Source: Escherichia phage AV108. Taken from it: a stretch of 64,000 bases of DNA. Shown here piece after piece: positions 1 through 7,050 of this stretch. Within the stretch, counting starts at the first letter, position 1. Every line of letters starts with the position of its first letter. The position numbers were made by a program, and so were the translations under genes. The stretch lies in sequence record OR352938.1, one strand, 5' to 3'. A model generated the notes under the pieces. The model worked only from the letters and a program-made list of their open reading frames with translations. It made no database searches and was not told the DNA's origin.

Positions 1-174
1 TTTTTGAAATTAATTCTGCTTTGATTTCGCAGAGAACATCTAAAGATTTCTCGTCACCCGCTTTTGCTGCTTCTGCTTGCATTTTTGAAATGGCTTCAAT
101 GTCAGTGCAATTATAAGCCGCTTGAACTTTAGCTATTGCGATGATTGCCGATTCGATGGTTAAGTGTTTCATGT
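1..174 (-). CDS. hypothetical protein, partial (3' end runs off the window start)
   Basis: ATG at 172-174 preceded by GGAG RBS and promoter at 205-234; frame open to position 1. Confidence 0.4.
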
Positions 175-204
175 TTGATTCTCCTTTCGTTTCGGTATGT
201 GTGC

Positions 205-234
205 ATTATAGGGGATCACCGATCCCCCTGTCAA
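205..234 (-). promoter_or_regulatory. sigma70-type early promoter (TTGACA-N18-TATAAT on minus strand)
   Basis: + strand attata at 205-210 and tgtcaa at 229-234; spacer is the palindrome GGGGGATCGGTGATCCCC with two GATC sites. Confidence 0.6.
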
Positions 235-241
235 CAATTTT

Positions 242-760
242 TTAGTTATTTTTTAATTGCTCATCTTGCAATAGGGCAATCACATGCTGGCGATGTTCTT
301 CCGATTGAGGCACACCGAAAAAGTTTGTTTTGTAGAAATACTCTAATCGGTCTTCTCGTGTGCTCTCTTCCATCATGATCGCGGGTAGTCCGAGATTTCG
401 GAAACGTCGCTTTTCTGCTGGCGTAAAATCACTGTAATACAACATAGAATCATCATTACAAGCAATGCTAAACTCATCCTTCATAAAGGAGAATATTGCG
501 TTTAAACGCTGTTTACCGTCCACGATTTCGATCTCATAGCGAGAGCCATCATCAATCTTAGCCATTGCGATAGCACCAACCGGAAAATCATTAATCAGGT
601 TTTCGATAAACATACGTTTGTTTTCGGTGTCCCATACTAAAGGACGCTGATAATCTGGGTTCATGTTGATATAGCCATCTTCTAACCATGCATCATAAAC
701 AGAGATGACAAAGTTTTTAGTATTGGTATAGTAACGGCGTTTAGGCGTTAAACGGTTCAT
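242..760 (-). CDS. DUF262/ParB-like nuclease-domain protein
   Basis: DGxQR-type motif (IVDGKQRLNAI); ORF track 242..796, likely start is the ATG at 758-760 (MNRLTPK) with AGGAGA RBS, abutting the upstream gene stop. Confidence 0.5.
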   Translation of the reverse strand: MNRLTPKRRYYTNTKNFVISVYDAWLEDGYINMNPDYQRPLVWDTENKRMFIENLINDFPVGAIAMAKIDDGSRYEIEIVDGKQRLNAIFSFMKDEFSIACNDDSMLYYSDFTPAEKRRFRNLGLPAIMMEESTREDRLEYFYKTNFFGVPQSEEHRQHVIALLQDEQLKNN

Positions 761-761
761 G

Positions 762-1094
762 TTATAGTCTCCTGAATGGATCATCACGTAAATCAATATC
801 TTTTAAGAACTCAACCCATGAATGCCGGATATTGTTCTTAATTCTCCAGATAAGCGCAGGGATTGAACGCTCTCCCATCTGGAAGTATGGATCATATGAT
901 CCGTATGCCCAATATGCTACTACAATTCCACAATCAGCGCAATAGTATTCTATTTCACTTGCTGGCGACCAAAGTCCATCAATATGATCGGTGATCTTGC
1001 TTTCGATGTTATGGCTATGACAATCAGGGCAACGGATGCAATGACCTTGTTTATCGTAATTTGACGTTAGCGAATACTTAAACAATCTCATCAT
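762..1094 (-). CDS. Cys/His-rich zinc-ribbon protein
   Basis: CxxC...CxxC pattern (CIRCPDC ... CADCG); start overlaps upstream stop (ATGA); function unknown. Confidence 0.5.
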   Translation of the reverse strand: MMRLFKYSLTSNYDKQGHCIRCPDCHSHNIESKITDHIDGLWSPASEIEYYCADCGIVVAYWAYGSYDPYFQMGERSIPALIWRIKNNIRHSWVEFLKDIDLRDDPFRRL

Positions 1095-1807
1095 AGATCC
1101 TTATTGGCTTCAAATACTGCCTTTGCGAATCCTCGCGGGGTAAGTGACCTTATAGTCTTTGTTTTCGTTCCTTTCCCGCCTAGCTTAGAATGCTGTTTAC
1201 TGTACCCTTTATTAATCTGCAACGGTTTCTTTTCTGGCATTATAAAGCCTTGTCCGGTCCATAAGCAAGTCTTTTTCGGGTACATATCACGGGCGGCGAT
1301 ATACTCAGGAAAAGTAGGATGTTTATCATCTTCCGGCAAATAACCGCCATATTCCCACGGATGGAACATGTAATCAGGCTTACGCCACATACTAGAGATA
1401 ACGCTTACAGGATTCTCTATCATGTAGGGAACTCCTAGCCATTCACCCAAATAAGCGGTTATTTTAGCTGCCCTTACATCATGAACTTGAATCAATGGTC
1501 CTTGTTCTAGTTTCTTTCGTTCAAAGTGCGCAGCGCCACTAACAGCTAAATTGGTGCACGGTGGGAATGCAAAGATAATATCCGGTTTCCCCCATTCAAG
1601 GTCCATTGCTCTTTCCAGCCAATTCAAATCAATCCATGTGTTTACATAGGTAATGTTTGGATGTTCAAATCTGGTATTATACTTTTTGTATGTACCGTGG
1701 TCGGCGTCATCCGCATTAAAGCAGACTACCTTATGACCTGCTTTAGCCCATTCTAGCCCCATTATCCCCGATCCGTCAAAGTTGCAGAATATTAATTTTT
1801 GTTTCAT
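1091..1807 (-). CDS. compact C5-cytosine methyltransferase-like protein
   Basis: motif I-like FDGSGIMG, motif IV-like FPPC, motif VI-like IENP, motif IX-like RSLTPR; only 238 aa with no obvious target-recognition domain. Confidence 0.5.
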   Translation of the reverse strand: MKQKLIFCNFDGSGIMGLEWAKAGHKVVCFNADDADHGTYKKYNTRFEHPNITYVNTWIDLNWLERAMDLEWGKPDIIFAFPPCTNLAVSGAAHFERKKLEQGPLIQVHDVRAAKITAYLGEWLGVPYMIENPVSVISSMWRKPDYMFHPWEYGGYLPEDDKHPTFPEYIAARDMYPKKTCLWTGQGFIMPEKKPLQINKGYSKQHSKLGGKGTKTKTIRSLTPRGFAKAVFEANKDL

Positions 1808-2049
1808 ATACGACCCTTTAACCCAGCACAGATTTTAGTCGGTTCTTTACCGTGCCACATTAAGTAAAGTCCGTTAATGCGACCTTGTTTTGTGTGTGAT
1901 TCTTTTCTGATCTTCTTATAGTGTCGTGCTTCCTCAACTGATTGTTTAGAATACCAATCATAAAGGAAGAGGCACAAAGGCCAACCATTAGCGGCCTTAA
2001 TGCAGTTATTAAGAAATTCCTTATTGCGTTTAATTAATTTTCTTTTCAC
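1804..2049 (-). CDS. hypothetical protein
   Basis: 81-aa ORF, start and stop coupled to neighbours by ATGA overlaps in the same operon. Confidence 0.45.
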   Translation of the reverse strand: MKRKLIKRNKEFLNNCIKAANGWPLCLFLYDWYSKQSVEEARHYKKIRKESHTKQGRINGLYLMWHGKEPTKICAGLKGRI

Positions 2050-2297
2050 GCTGCCCCCATTGGTTTGATAGTAACAGAATCTAAAAGACCTTTGTTAGCC
2101 AGTTCTCGGCAAGTTTTCAGATCCGCAACTTCCCAGCCAGCCGCAATCAGGTTATCAATCAGGCTGTTAGCAACTTCTTCGCTCATGAAAGAGCACTGTT
2201 TGCCGATGGTGTAGCGCACACGCTGTAATTTCAGTTTACGGAAGCCTTTAACGTTCAGGTCTTTAGCGATTTTCTTTGCGGTTTCGATGTTAACCAT
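2046..2297 (-). CDS. hypothetical protein
   Basis: 83-aa ORF; AGGAGAATCAAACA-ATG leader; promoter at 2338-2366. Confidence 0.5.
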   Translation of the reverse strand: MVNIETAKKIAKDLNVKGFRKLKLQRVRYTIGKQCSFMSEEVANSLIDNLIAAGWEVADLKTCRELANKGLLDSVTIKPMGAA

Positions 2298-2337
2298 TGT
2301 TTGATTCTCCTAAGTGGTATCTCGTCTTGATGGTTGT

Positions 2338-2366
2338 ATTGTAGGGGAGTTATCCTCCCCTGTCAA
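2338..2366 (-). promoter_or_regulatory. sigma70-type early promoter
   Basis: tgtcaa at 2361-2366 (TTGACA), TACAAT-like -10, 17-nt palindromic spacer GGGGAGGATAACTCCCC. Confidence 0.5.
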
Positions 2367-2380
2367 CACTTTTTATAAAA

Positions 2381-2548
2381 TTATTTGTTAATTTCTGGTG
2401 CGTTGCTAGGATAGTAACCTTCTTTAACTCCGAGGTATTTCGCAACCATCCCTACAATCTTCTGTGCTACTACAATGTCAAATTTAAGATAATCTTCGCC
2501 GTGGGTTTCAATGATATATGCTTCACATGCTGCTTTAGTCTCGAACAT
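2381..2548 (-). CDS. small protein (55 aa), copy 1 of a duplicated gene
   Basis: ATG at 2546-2548 with GGAGAATCAAA leader, TAA at 2381-2383; translates MFETKAACEAYIIETHGEDYLKFDIVVAQKIVGMVAKYLGVKEGYYPSNAPEINK; below the ORF-track size cutoff. Confidence 0.5.
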   Translation of the reverse strand: MFETKAACEAYIIETHGEDYLKFDIVVAQKIVGMVAKYLGVKEGYYPSNAPEINK

Positions 2549-2581
2549 TTTGATTCTCCTATTTAGTTTCGTTATGTGTGC

Positions 2582-2610
2582 ATTATAGGGGATCTCCCGA
2601 TCCCCGTCAA
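2582..2610 (-). promoter_or_regulatory. sigma70-type early promoter
   Basis: attata 2582-2587 and cgtcaa 2605-2610; spacer palindrome GGGGATCGGGAGATCCCC. Confidence 0.55.
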
Positions 2611-2624
2611 CAACTTTTTTAAAA

Positions 2625-2906
2625 TTATTCGTGATTAGTTTCGATGTTGTGTATTTTGCACCAGTTCAGCCAATCGCCAAGATCCTGATAGTTGATGCTT
2701 TTATCTGCTGCCATCGTTTTTGTCTTGATACCCATATGTGCGTTATGGGTAAGCATTTTTACAGTGAACTCAATTTTATCGCCTTTAGCTTTAACATCAA
2801 CCAGTTTGGTCCACTGGCTACCAGCGCCTCGAATGTTCATACCAACGATGTTTCCGATGTATGCTTCTTTGTTTTTCAGGATTTCGGTTGCTTTGATGAA
2901 TTTCAT
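2625..2906 (-). CDS. hypothetical protein
   Basis: 93-aa ORF with GGAGAATC RBS; own promoter at 2940-2968. Confidence 0.55.
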   Translation of the reverse strand: MKFIKATEILKNKEAYIGNIVGMNIRGAGSQWTKLVDVKAKGDKIEFTVKMLTHNAHMGIKTKTMAADKSINYQDLGDWLNWCKIHNIETNHE

Positions 2907-2939
2907 TTTTGATTCTCCAGTTCGTTTCGGTATGGGTGT

Positions 2940-2968
2940 ATTATGCTATGTTCTTACTTTGGTGTCAA
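2940..2968 (-). promoter_or_regulatory. sigma70-type early promoter
   Basis: tgtcaa 2963-2968, CATAAT-like -10 at 2940-2945. Confidence 0.5.
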
Positions 2969-2976
2969 CAACTTTT

Positions 2977-3246
2977 TTAGATATTTTCAGAAATAAATTT
3001 TAAAACTTGACGTAAATGTTTCTCATCTTTGATAGTCGCCGGAAGTTCTTCTTTTACTTCCTGTGCAAGATAGATATTTCCGTTCCAAGTGAAAGATCCG
3101 TCTTCGTTTACGCGATAGCTGAACATCCACTCGCAATCATTTTCGATTTCATATACACACAGAAGGGTGTAATCGTTAAAGCTATTGATTTCAAGGTCGA
3201 AGCCGTGACGTTTTGCAAAGTTGGTAGTGGTTTTAGTCAGCGCCAT
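2977..3246 (-). CDS. hypothetical protein
   Basis: 89-aa ORF, AGGAGAATCAAACA-ATG leader, promoter at 3287-3315. Confidence 0.55.
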   Translation of the reverse strand: MALTKTTTNFAKRHGFDLEINSFNDYTLLCVYEIENDCEWMFSYRVNEDGSFTWNGNIYLAQEVKEELPATIKDEKHLRQVLKFISENI

Positions 3247-3286
3247 TGTTTGATTCTCCTAAGTGGTATCTCGTTTCGATGGGTGT

Positions 3287-3315
3287 ATTATGCTATAGGC
3301 GTGATCTGGTGTCAA
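3287..3315 (-). promoter_or_regulatory. sigma70-type early promoter
   Basis: tgtcaa 3310-3315, CATAAT-like -10 3287-3292, 17-nt spacer. Confidence 0.5.
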
Positions 3316-3340
3316 CAACTTTTTTAATTTTTTGGAAATA

Positions 3341-3366
3341 AAAAAGCCGACACTAAGGTCGGCTAA
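3341..3366 (-). terminator. rho-independent terminator
   Basis: hairpin AGCCGAC-N6-GTCGGCT followed by a U-run on the minus-strand transcript, just downstream of the 3372..3680 stop. Confidence 0.6.
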
Positions 3367-3371
3367 TAAAA

Positions 3372-3680
3372 TCATTTAGACAAATAATCATTCAGTGCAA
3401 TCCGGTCGGCGTATGCTGGTGTTACGTCAATCGCAATCACTTTAACGCGTGCTTTCTTGCGACCTGGGTTTTCTCGTAACCAGTGCTCATGACCGTGAAC
3501 ATTTTTATACTTTGATGCTTCTTCAAATGTACGGATCGGACCTGGATAATCTGCGTAAAGGATCTCTAGGTCTTCGGTGATGTAAAAATATACATCATAA
3601 TTACTGTTCTCTAGTTTAAGCAGAGACTTTCTGAACATTGGGAGATTTTCGCGGGTAAATTCAAAGATATTATCTTTCAT
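3372..3680 (-). CDS. small protein, HxHxW/V-x-A-I-D-V paralog family member A
   Basis: 102 aa; GAGGA RBS; motifs HGHEHW and VIAIDV shared with five other ORFs in 4103-6778. Confidence 0.55.
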   Translation of the reverse strand: MKDNIFEFTRENLPMFRKSLLKLENSNYDVYFYITEDLEILYADYPGPIRTFEEASKYKNVHGHEHWLRENPGRKKARVKVIAIDVTPAYADRIALNDYLSK

Positions 3681-3733
3681 AGTATTATCCTCAATAGTTT
3701 GATGAAAAGGGGTGGGGCTTAACGCCCCGTATA

Positions 3734-4021
3734 TTAAAACAGTCCTTCCTGTACACCGTAGTAGAGTTCATCGCTGATAATTTCATTAATGCGACGGTGT
3801 GCATATTCCTGATTTGCGAAGTTATCAGCAAGTTCTACTTTAGTTTCGCCGTCATGAGTCCATTTAGTGATAACTTTACCATCTGCAAATTTGAAGTTGA
3901 ACTCTTTAGCTACTGCATCACGTACCAGACGTGCGAACTTGTTGTTACGGATTGCATTATCGGTTTCGTGTGCAGCGTGAGCGAATTTATTAACTTTCAG
4001 AGTGATAGTAATGTATGCCAT
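3734..4021 (-). CDS. hypothetical protein
   Basis: 95-aa ORF with GGAGAATCAAC leader; promoter at 4068-4096. Confidence 0.55.
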   Translation of the reverse strand: MAYITITLKVNKFAHAAHETDNAIRNNKFARLVRDAVAKEFNFKFADGKVITKWTHDGETKVELADNFANQEYAHRRINEIISDELYYGVQEGLF

Positions 4022-4067
4022 AAGTTGATTCTCCTAGTTAGAAAGTGTATCTCGTTTCGATGGGTGT

Positions 4068-4096
4068 ATTATGCTATACACCCGATCTTATGTCAA
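4068..4096 (-). promoter_or_regulatory. sigma70-type early promoter
   Basis: tgtcaa 4091-4096, CATAAT-like -10 4068-4073, 17-nt spacer. Confidence 0.5.
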
Positions 4097-4102
4097 CACT
4101 TT

Positions 4103-4381
4103 TTATAAAATAATTTTTTGATATTTTTCTATGATGTTTGTGTAGGTCACGTCAACCGCTAGCACCGTTGCTTCGAATCCACCGTTTAACCAATGGCTAT
4201 GATCATGATCGTGAAAGAAACCTAGACCAGTACGAAGACCTTCTTTATATTCGGAGCGTACATTTAGATCATCATCGATAAACAGATAAAACCATGAATT
4301 TTTACTAGGATTGATGATACAACCTTTCAGATTAGGGAGAATATCACGACTAAGAATAAACTTATCACCTACTTTGAGCAT
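4103..4381 (-). CDS. small protein, paralog family member B
   Basis: ORF track 4103..4471; likely start ATG 4379-4381 (MLKVGDK) with GAGGAA RBS; motifs HDHDHSHW and VLAVDV. Confidence 0.5.
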   Translation of the reverse strand: MLKVGDKFILSRDILPNLKGCIINPSKNSWFYLFIDDDLNVRSEYKEGLRTGLGFFHDHDHSHWLNGGFEATVLAVDVTYTNIIEKYQKIIL

Positions 4382-4404
4382 AATATTTTCCTCACTTATA
4401 AAGT

Positions 4405-4704
4405 TTAACTGTTGTTTTTCTCGTAATGCTGAATGCGTGCTTGATCTGCTTCCGCTGGTGATAGATTCCATGCAACCACTACAACTTCTGACGCATCGTC
4501 ATCCGTTTTTGATACCCAATGATTGTGATTCATACAGTTATTTGCTATCGAGTGAGCAAATGATTTCATCACTGGAGACGTATAATCATAGTAACGGATT
4601 TTCAGATTTTCATCAACGTACAAATAGATCGTATAAGGTTTATATTCAGTAACCAGTAACAGACAGTTACGCAATTCTGGGAAAATCTTTTTAGTTAATT
4701 TCAT
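4405..4704 (-). CDS. small protein, divergent paralog family member E
   Basis: ORF track 4405..4785; likely start ATG 4702-4704 (MKLTKK) with GAGGA RBS; motif NHNHW and VVVVAW. Confidence 0.45.
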   Translation of the reverse strand: MKLTKKIFPELRNCLLLVTEYKPYTIYLYVDENLKIRYYDYTSPVMKSFAHSIANNCMNHNHWVSKTDDDASEVVVVAWNLSPAEADQARIQHYEKNNS

Positions 4705-4705
4705 T

Positions 4706-4945
4706 TTATAATCCTCGGTCGCGGCTATAGTACACGGTACGCCATACAATTTCATGTTTCGTGTCGCTCCAGCACACGATCTCATTTACTCTTAAATCTT
4801 TGTTATCAACAAAAGATGAACATTGTGACGCTTCTTTCATCATTTTATCTGCTGTTTTCTCATCAAATACAGCACAGATTTCTTTATACACTCGATAATC
4901 TTTGAATTGACTCTGGATACCCATAATTAACACCATTCCAACCAA
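4706..4945 (-). CDS. small protein, member of a second tandem paralog pair
   Basis: SQFKDYRVYKEICAVFDEKTADKMMKEASQC resembles the neighbouring 4884..5147 product; exact start uncertain. Confidence 0.4.
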   Translation of the reverse strand: MVGMVLIMGIQSQFKDYRVYKEICAVFDEKTADKMMKEASQCSSFVDNKDLRVNEIVCWSDTKHEIVWRTVYYSRDRGL

Positions 4946-5147
4946 TTGTTTTTGAGAAAACGTTTATCCACTGTTGAGTGTAGCATGTTTCTTTCCATGA
5001 TACAATACGAGTAGAATAATGGTTTTTGTTTCCAGAAAAGGACGGGCATTTTGATGCATCTTCCATCATCTTTTCGGCGAACTCTGGTGCGTATACTCGC
5101 AGGATCTGTTGATATGCTTTGTATTCTTTAAATTTGCTCATAATCAT
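4884..5147 (-). CDS. small protein, member of a second tandem paralog pair
   Basis: SKFKEYKAYQQILRVYAPEFAEKMMEDASKC resembles the 4706..4945 product. Confidence 0.45.
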   Translation of the reverse strand: MIMSKFKEYKAYQQILRVYAPEFAEKMMEDASKCPSFSGNKNHYSTRIVSWKETCYTQQWINVFSKTIGWNGVNYGYPESIQRLSSV

Positions 5148-5406
5148 TCACTACCTTATCAGCTTCTTTTGTTGTTTTTACATCAACTGCGATAACTCGT
5201 AAAGGTTCGTCATGGTTCCACCAGTGGTCATGAATATCAGCTTGTGATTTATCACCAAAGGAATCACGAATATCATTTTTACATTTATAGCTAATGTGAC
5301 CTTCATAGTCAACATAAAGGTAATTATCGAAAATCGGCGTTTTTAAGATCATACCGAAAAATCTTTCTTTGTGTGTCTTATCCAGCGTTGCAGTAATTCG
5401 CATCAT
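5128..5406 (-). CDS. small protein, paralog family member C
   Basis: AAGAGGAA RBS; motifs HDHWW and VIAVDV. Confidence 0.5.
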   Translation of the reverse strand: MMRITATLDKTHKERFFGMILKTPIFDNYLYVDYEGHISYKCKNDIRDSFGDKSQADIHDHWWNHDEPLRVIAVDVKTTKEADKVVNDYEQI

Positions 5407-5418
5407 AATATATTCCTC

Positions 5419-5598
5419 TTAGAAAGGGATGGTCATTTCTTGAGCTTGTACATTCTCGTTAGGATTAAACTTCATCCAACCGATATTGTCTACCAGCATA
5501 TGCACATTTTTATCATATCCTACGTGGGTAGTCAATACTGTATGTGCTTTACCTTCAATGATGAGTTCCATGTACTTCTGAACTTCGATAGCTTTCAT
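5419..5598 (-). CDS. small protein (59 aa), below the ORF-track cutoff
   Basis: ATG 5596-5598 with GGAGAATCAAA leader, TAA 5419-5421; MKAIEVQKYMELIIEGKAHTVL...; promoter 5631-5659. Confidence 0.4.
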   Translation of the reverse strand: MKAIEVQKYMELIIEGKAHTVLTTHVGYDKNVHMLVDNIGWMKFNPNENVQAQEMTIPF

Positions 5599-5630
5599 TT
5601 TGATTCTCCGTTTGTTGTCTTGATGGGAGT

Positions 5631-5659
5631 ATCTTACTACTCCCTTTAATCATTGTCAA
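5631..5659 (-). promoter_or_regulatory. sigma70-type early promoter (variant spacer)
   Basis: tgtcaa 5654-5659, TAAGAT-like -10 inside palindrome GGGAGTAGTAAGATACTCCC. Confidence 0.45.
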
Positions 5660-5662
5660 CTA

Positions 5663-5830
5663 TTATTTGTTAATTTCTGGTGCGTTGCTCGGATAGTAAC
5701 CTTCTTTAACACCAAGATATTTTGCAACCATTCCGGTGATCTTCTGTGCTACTACGATATCGAATTTCAGGTAGTCTTCACCGTGGTTTGCTACAATGTA
5801 CGCTTCGCATTCTGCTTTAGTCTGGAACAT
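5663..5830 (-). CDS. small protein (55 aa), copy 2 of a duplicated gene
   Basis: MFQTKAECEAYIVANHGEDYLKFDIVVAQKITGMVAKYLGVKEGYYPSNAPEINK; about 80 percent nt identity to 2381..2548 including leader; ORF track lists 5663..5896. Confidence 0.5.
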   Translation of the reverse strand: MFQTKAECEAYIVANHGEDYLKFDIVVAQKITGMVAKYLGVKEGYYPSNAPEINK

Positions 5831-5864
5831 TTTTGATTCTCCTATATCTCGTTGGTATGTGTGC

Positions 5865-5893
5865 ATTATAGGGGATCGGTGATCCCCTGTCAA
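5865..5893 (-). promoter_or_regulatory. sigma70-type early promoter
   Basis: attata 5865-5870, tgtcaa 5888-5893, spacer palindrome GGGGATCACCGATCCCC. Confidence 0.6.
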
Positions 5894-5898
5894 CAACT

Positions 5899-6192
5899 TT
5901 ATAATGCTTTATATGCGTATTTCATAAATTTGTCTGCCACTTCATTGGCATGTTCAGATTCTACGCCTGATTCGAGAACAATAGCTAGGTCGGTTTCGTC
6001 ATTCCCGCCGTACCAATGATTTGATGTTCGATTTTTTTCAATTGGAAATTGGTCACTTTTATCTGTGCGACAAAATACATCTAAATGCTCGTCGATGTAA
6101 AAGATCCAATCTTCATAAAGAATAACGGTATTAGCAAGATTTTTATTGCCTTCAACGAAAGGTTCGGCTACAAACAAATTAGTATGTTCCAT
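5899..6192 (-). CDS. small protein, divergent paralog family member F
   Basis: ORF track 5899..6249; likely start ATG 6190-6192 (MEHTNLF) with GAGGAA RBS; motif SNHW and AIVLESG. Confidence 0.45.
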   Translation of the reverse strand: MEHTNLFVAEPFVEGNKNLANTVILYEDWIFYIDEHLDVFCRTDKSDQFPIEKNRTSNHWYGGNDETDLAIVLESGVESEHANEVADKFMKYAYKAL

Positions 6193-6208
6193 AGTATTTT
6201 CCTCAAAA

Positions 6209-6400
6209 TTATACAGCTTCGTAAACTTCCCAATGTCCAACACCAGCACGCTTAACGAAAAGGTTTTCTTTGATGTTATTCATAAACGTCTGGATGGATT
6301 TAATGCGATTTGAAGGTTTCCAGTCTTCGTTGGCATTGCGTCGATACATCATAACATTACCAGTTCGCTTATATTCAGCAACCATTTTAAGACCACACAT
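6209..6400 (-). CDS. hypothetical protein
   Basis: 63-aa ORF with GAGGA RBS at the correct spacing. Confidence 0.45.
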   Translation of the reverse strand: MCGLKMVAEYKRTGNVMMYRRNANEDWKPSNRIKSIQTFMNNIKENLFVKRAGVGHWEVYEAV

Positions 6401-6457
6401 AATATTATCCTCAATTTGTGGGAGAGTATTACCCCTCCCAATGATTGTTATGTTATA

Positions 6458-6778
6458 TCACACAAAATGGCGTGTCAATGCTTCTTTTGCGGTTCCGCTA
6501 AGACTTTCGATCTCTCCTGGCATAACATCAACCGCCAGAACTTCTACAACATCCTCGGACCCTAACCAGTGAGTATGACCTTTGTAGAACTTAATAACCA
6601 GACTACCTTCCTCGTCCCATTTAACGCTATCGCTAGCCCACCACACATCACCGTCGATAAAGTTGATGTAAAGCACACTACGCCACATTGAATTAATTAC
6701 TTTCAATACTGCGCCTTTCATCTCTTCCACGGTATGGTCTTCCATTTTGAAGACCTCACCTACCTGAACTTTTGCCAT
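6458..6778 (-). CDS. small protein, paralog family member D
   Basis: GAGAGGTG RBS; motifs HTHW and VLAVDV. Confidence 0.5.
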   Translation of the reverse strand: MAKVQVGEVFKMEDHTVEEMKGAVLKVINSMWRSVLYINFIDGDVWWASDSVKWDEEGSLVIKFYKGHTHWLGSEDVVEVLAVDVMPGEIESLSGTAKEALTRHFV

Positions 6779-6795
6779 TTAGTCACCTCTCTTTA

Positions 6796-6975
6796 TTACA
6801 TAACAATCACGCCAGCCGTTGAAAGTTGATGTTTCAACTGAGCATTTTCTGCTACCGTCAAATCAATGATTTCTTGTGACGCTGCAATCATATAGCCATT
6901 GGTGATATTGTTTTGCATCAGTTCAATGGTTTCTTCGTTGTAGCGGATTTTAGCGATGATTTCGTTGAAGTTCAT
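6796..6975 (-). CDS. small protein (59 aa), below the ORF-track cutoff
   Basis: ATG 6973-6975 with AGGAGAATCAATT leader, TAA 6796-6798; MNFNEIIAKIRYNEETIELMQ... Confidence 0.4.
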   Translation of the reverse strand: MNFNEIIAKIRYNEETIELMQNNITNGYMIAASQEIIDLTVAENAQLKHQLSTAGVIVM

Positions 6976-7009
6976 AATTGATTCTCCTAGTTCGTTTCGG
7001 TATGTGTGT

Positions 7010-7038
7010 AGTATAGGGGATCACCGATCCCCTGTCAA
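7010..7038 (-). promoter_or_regulatory. sigma70-type early promoter
   Basis: tgtcaa 7033-7038, TATACT-like -10 7010-7015, spacer palindrome GGGGATCGGTGATCCCC. Confidence 0.55.
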
Positions 7039-7050
7039 CAACTTTTTGAA

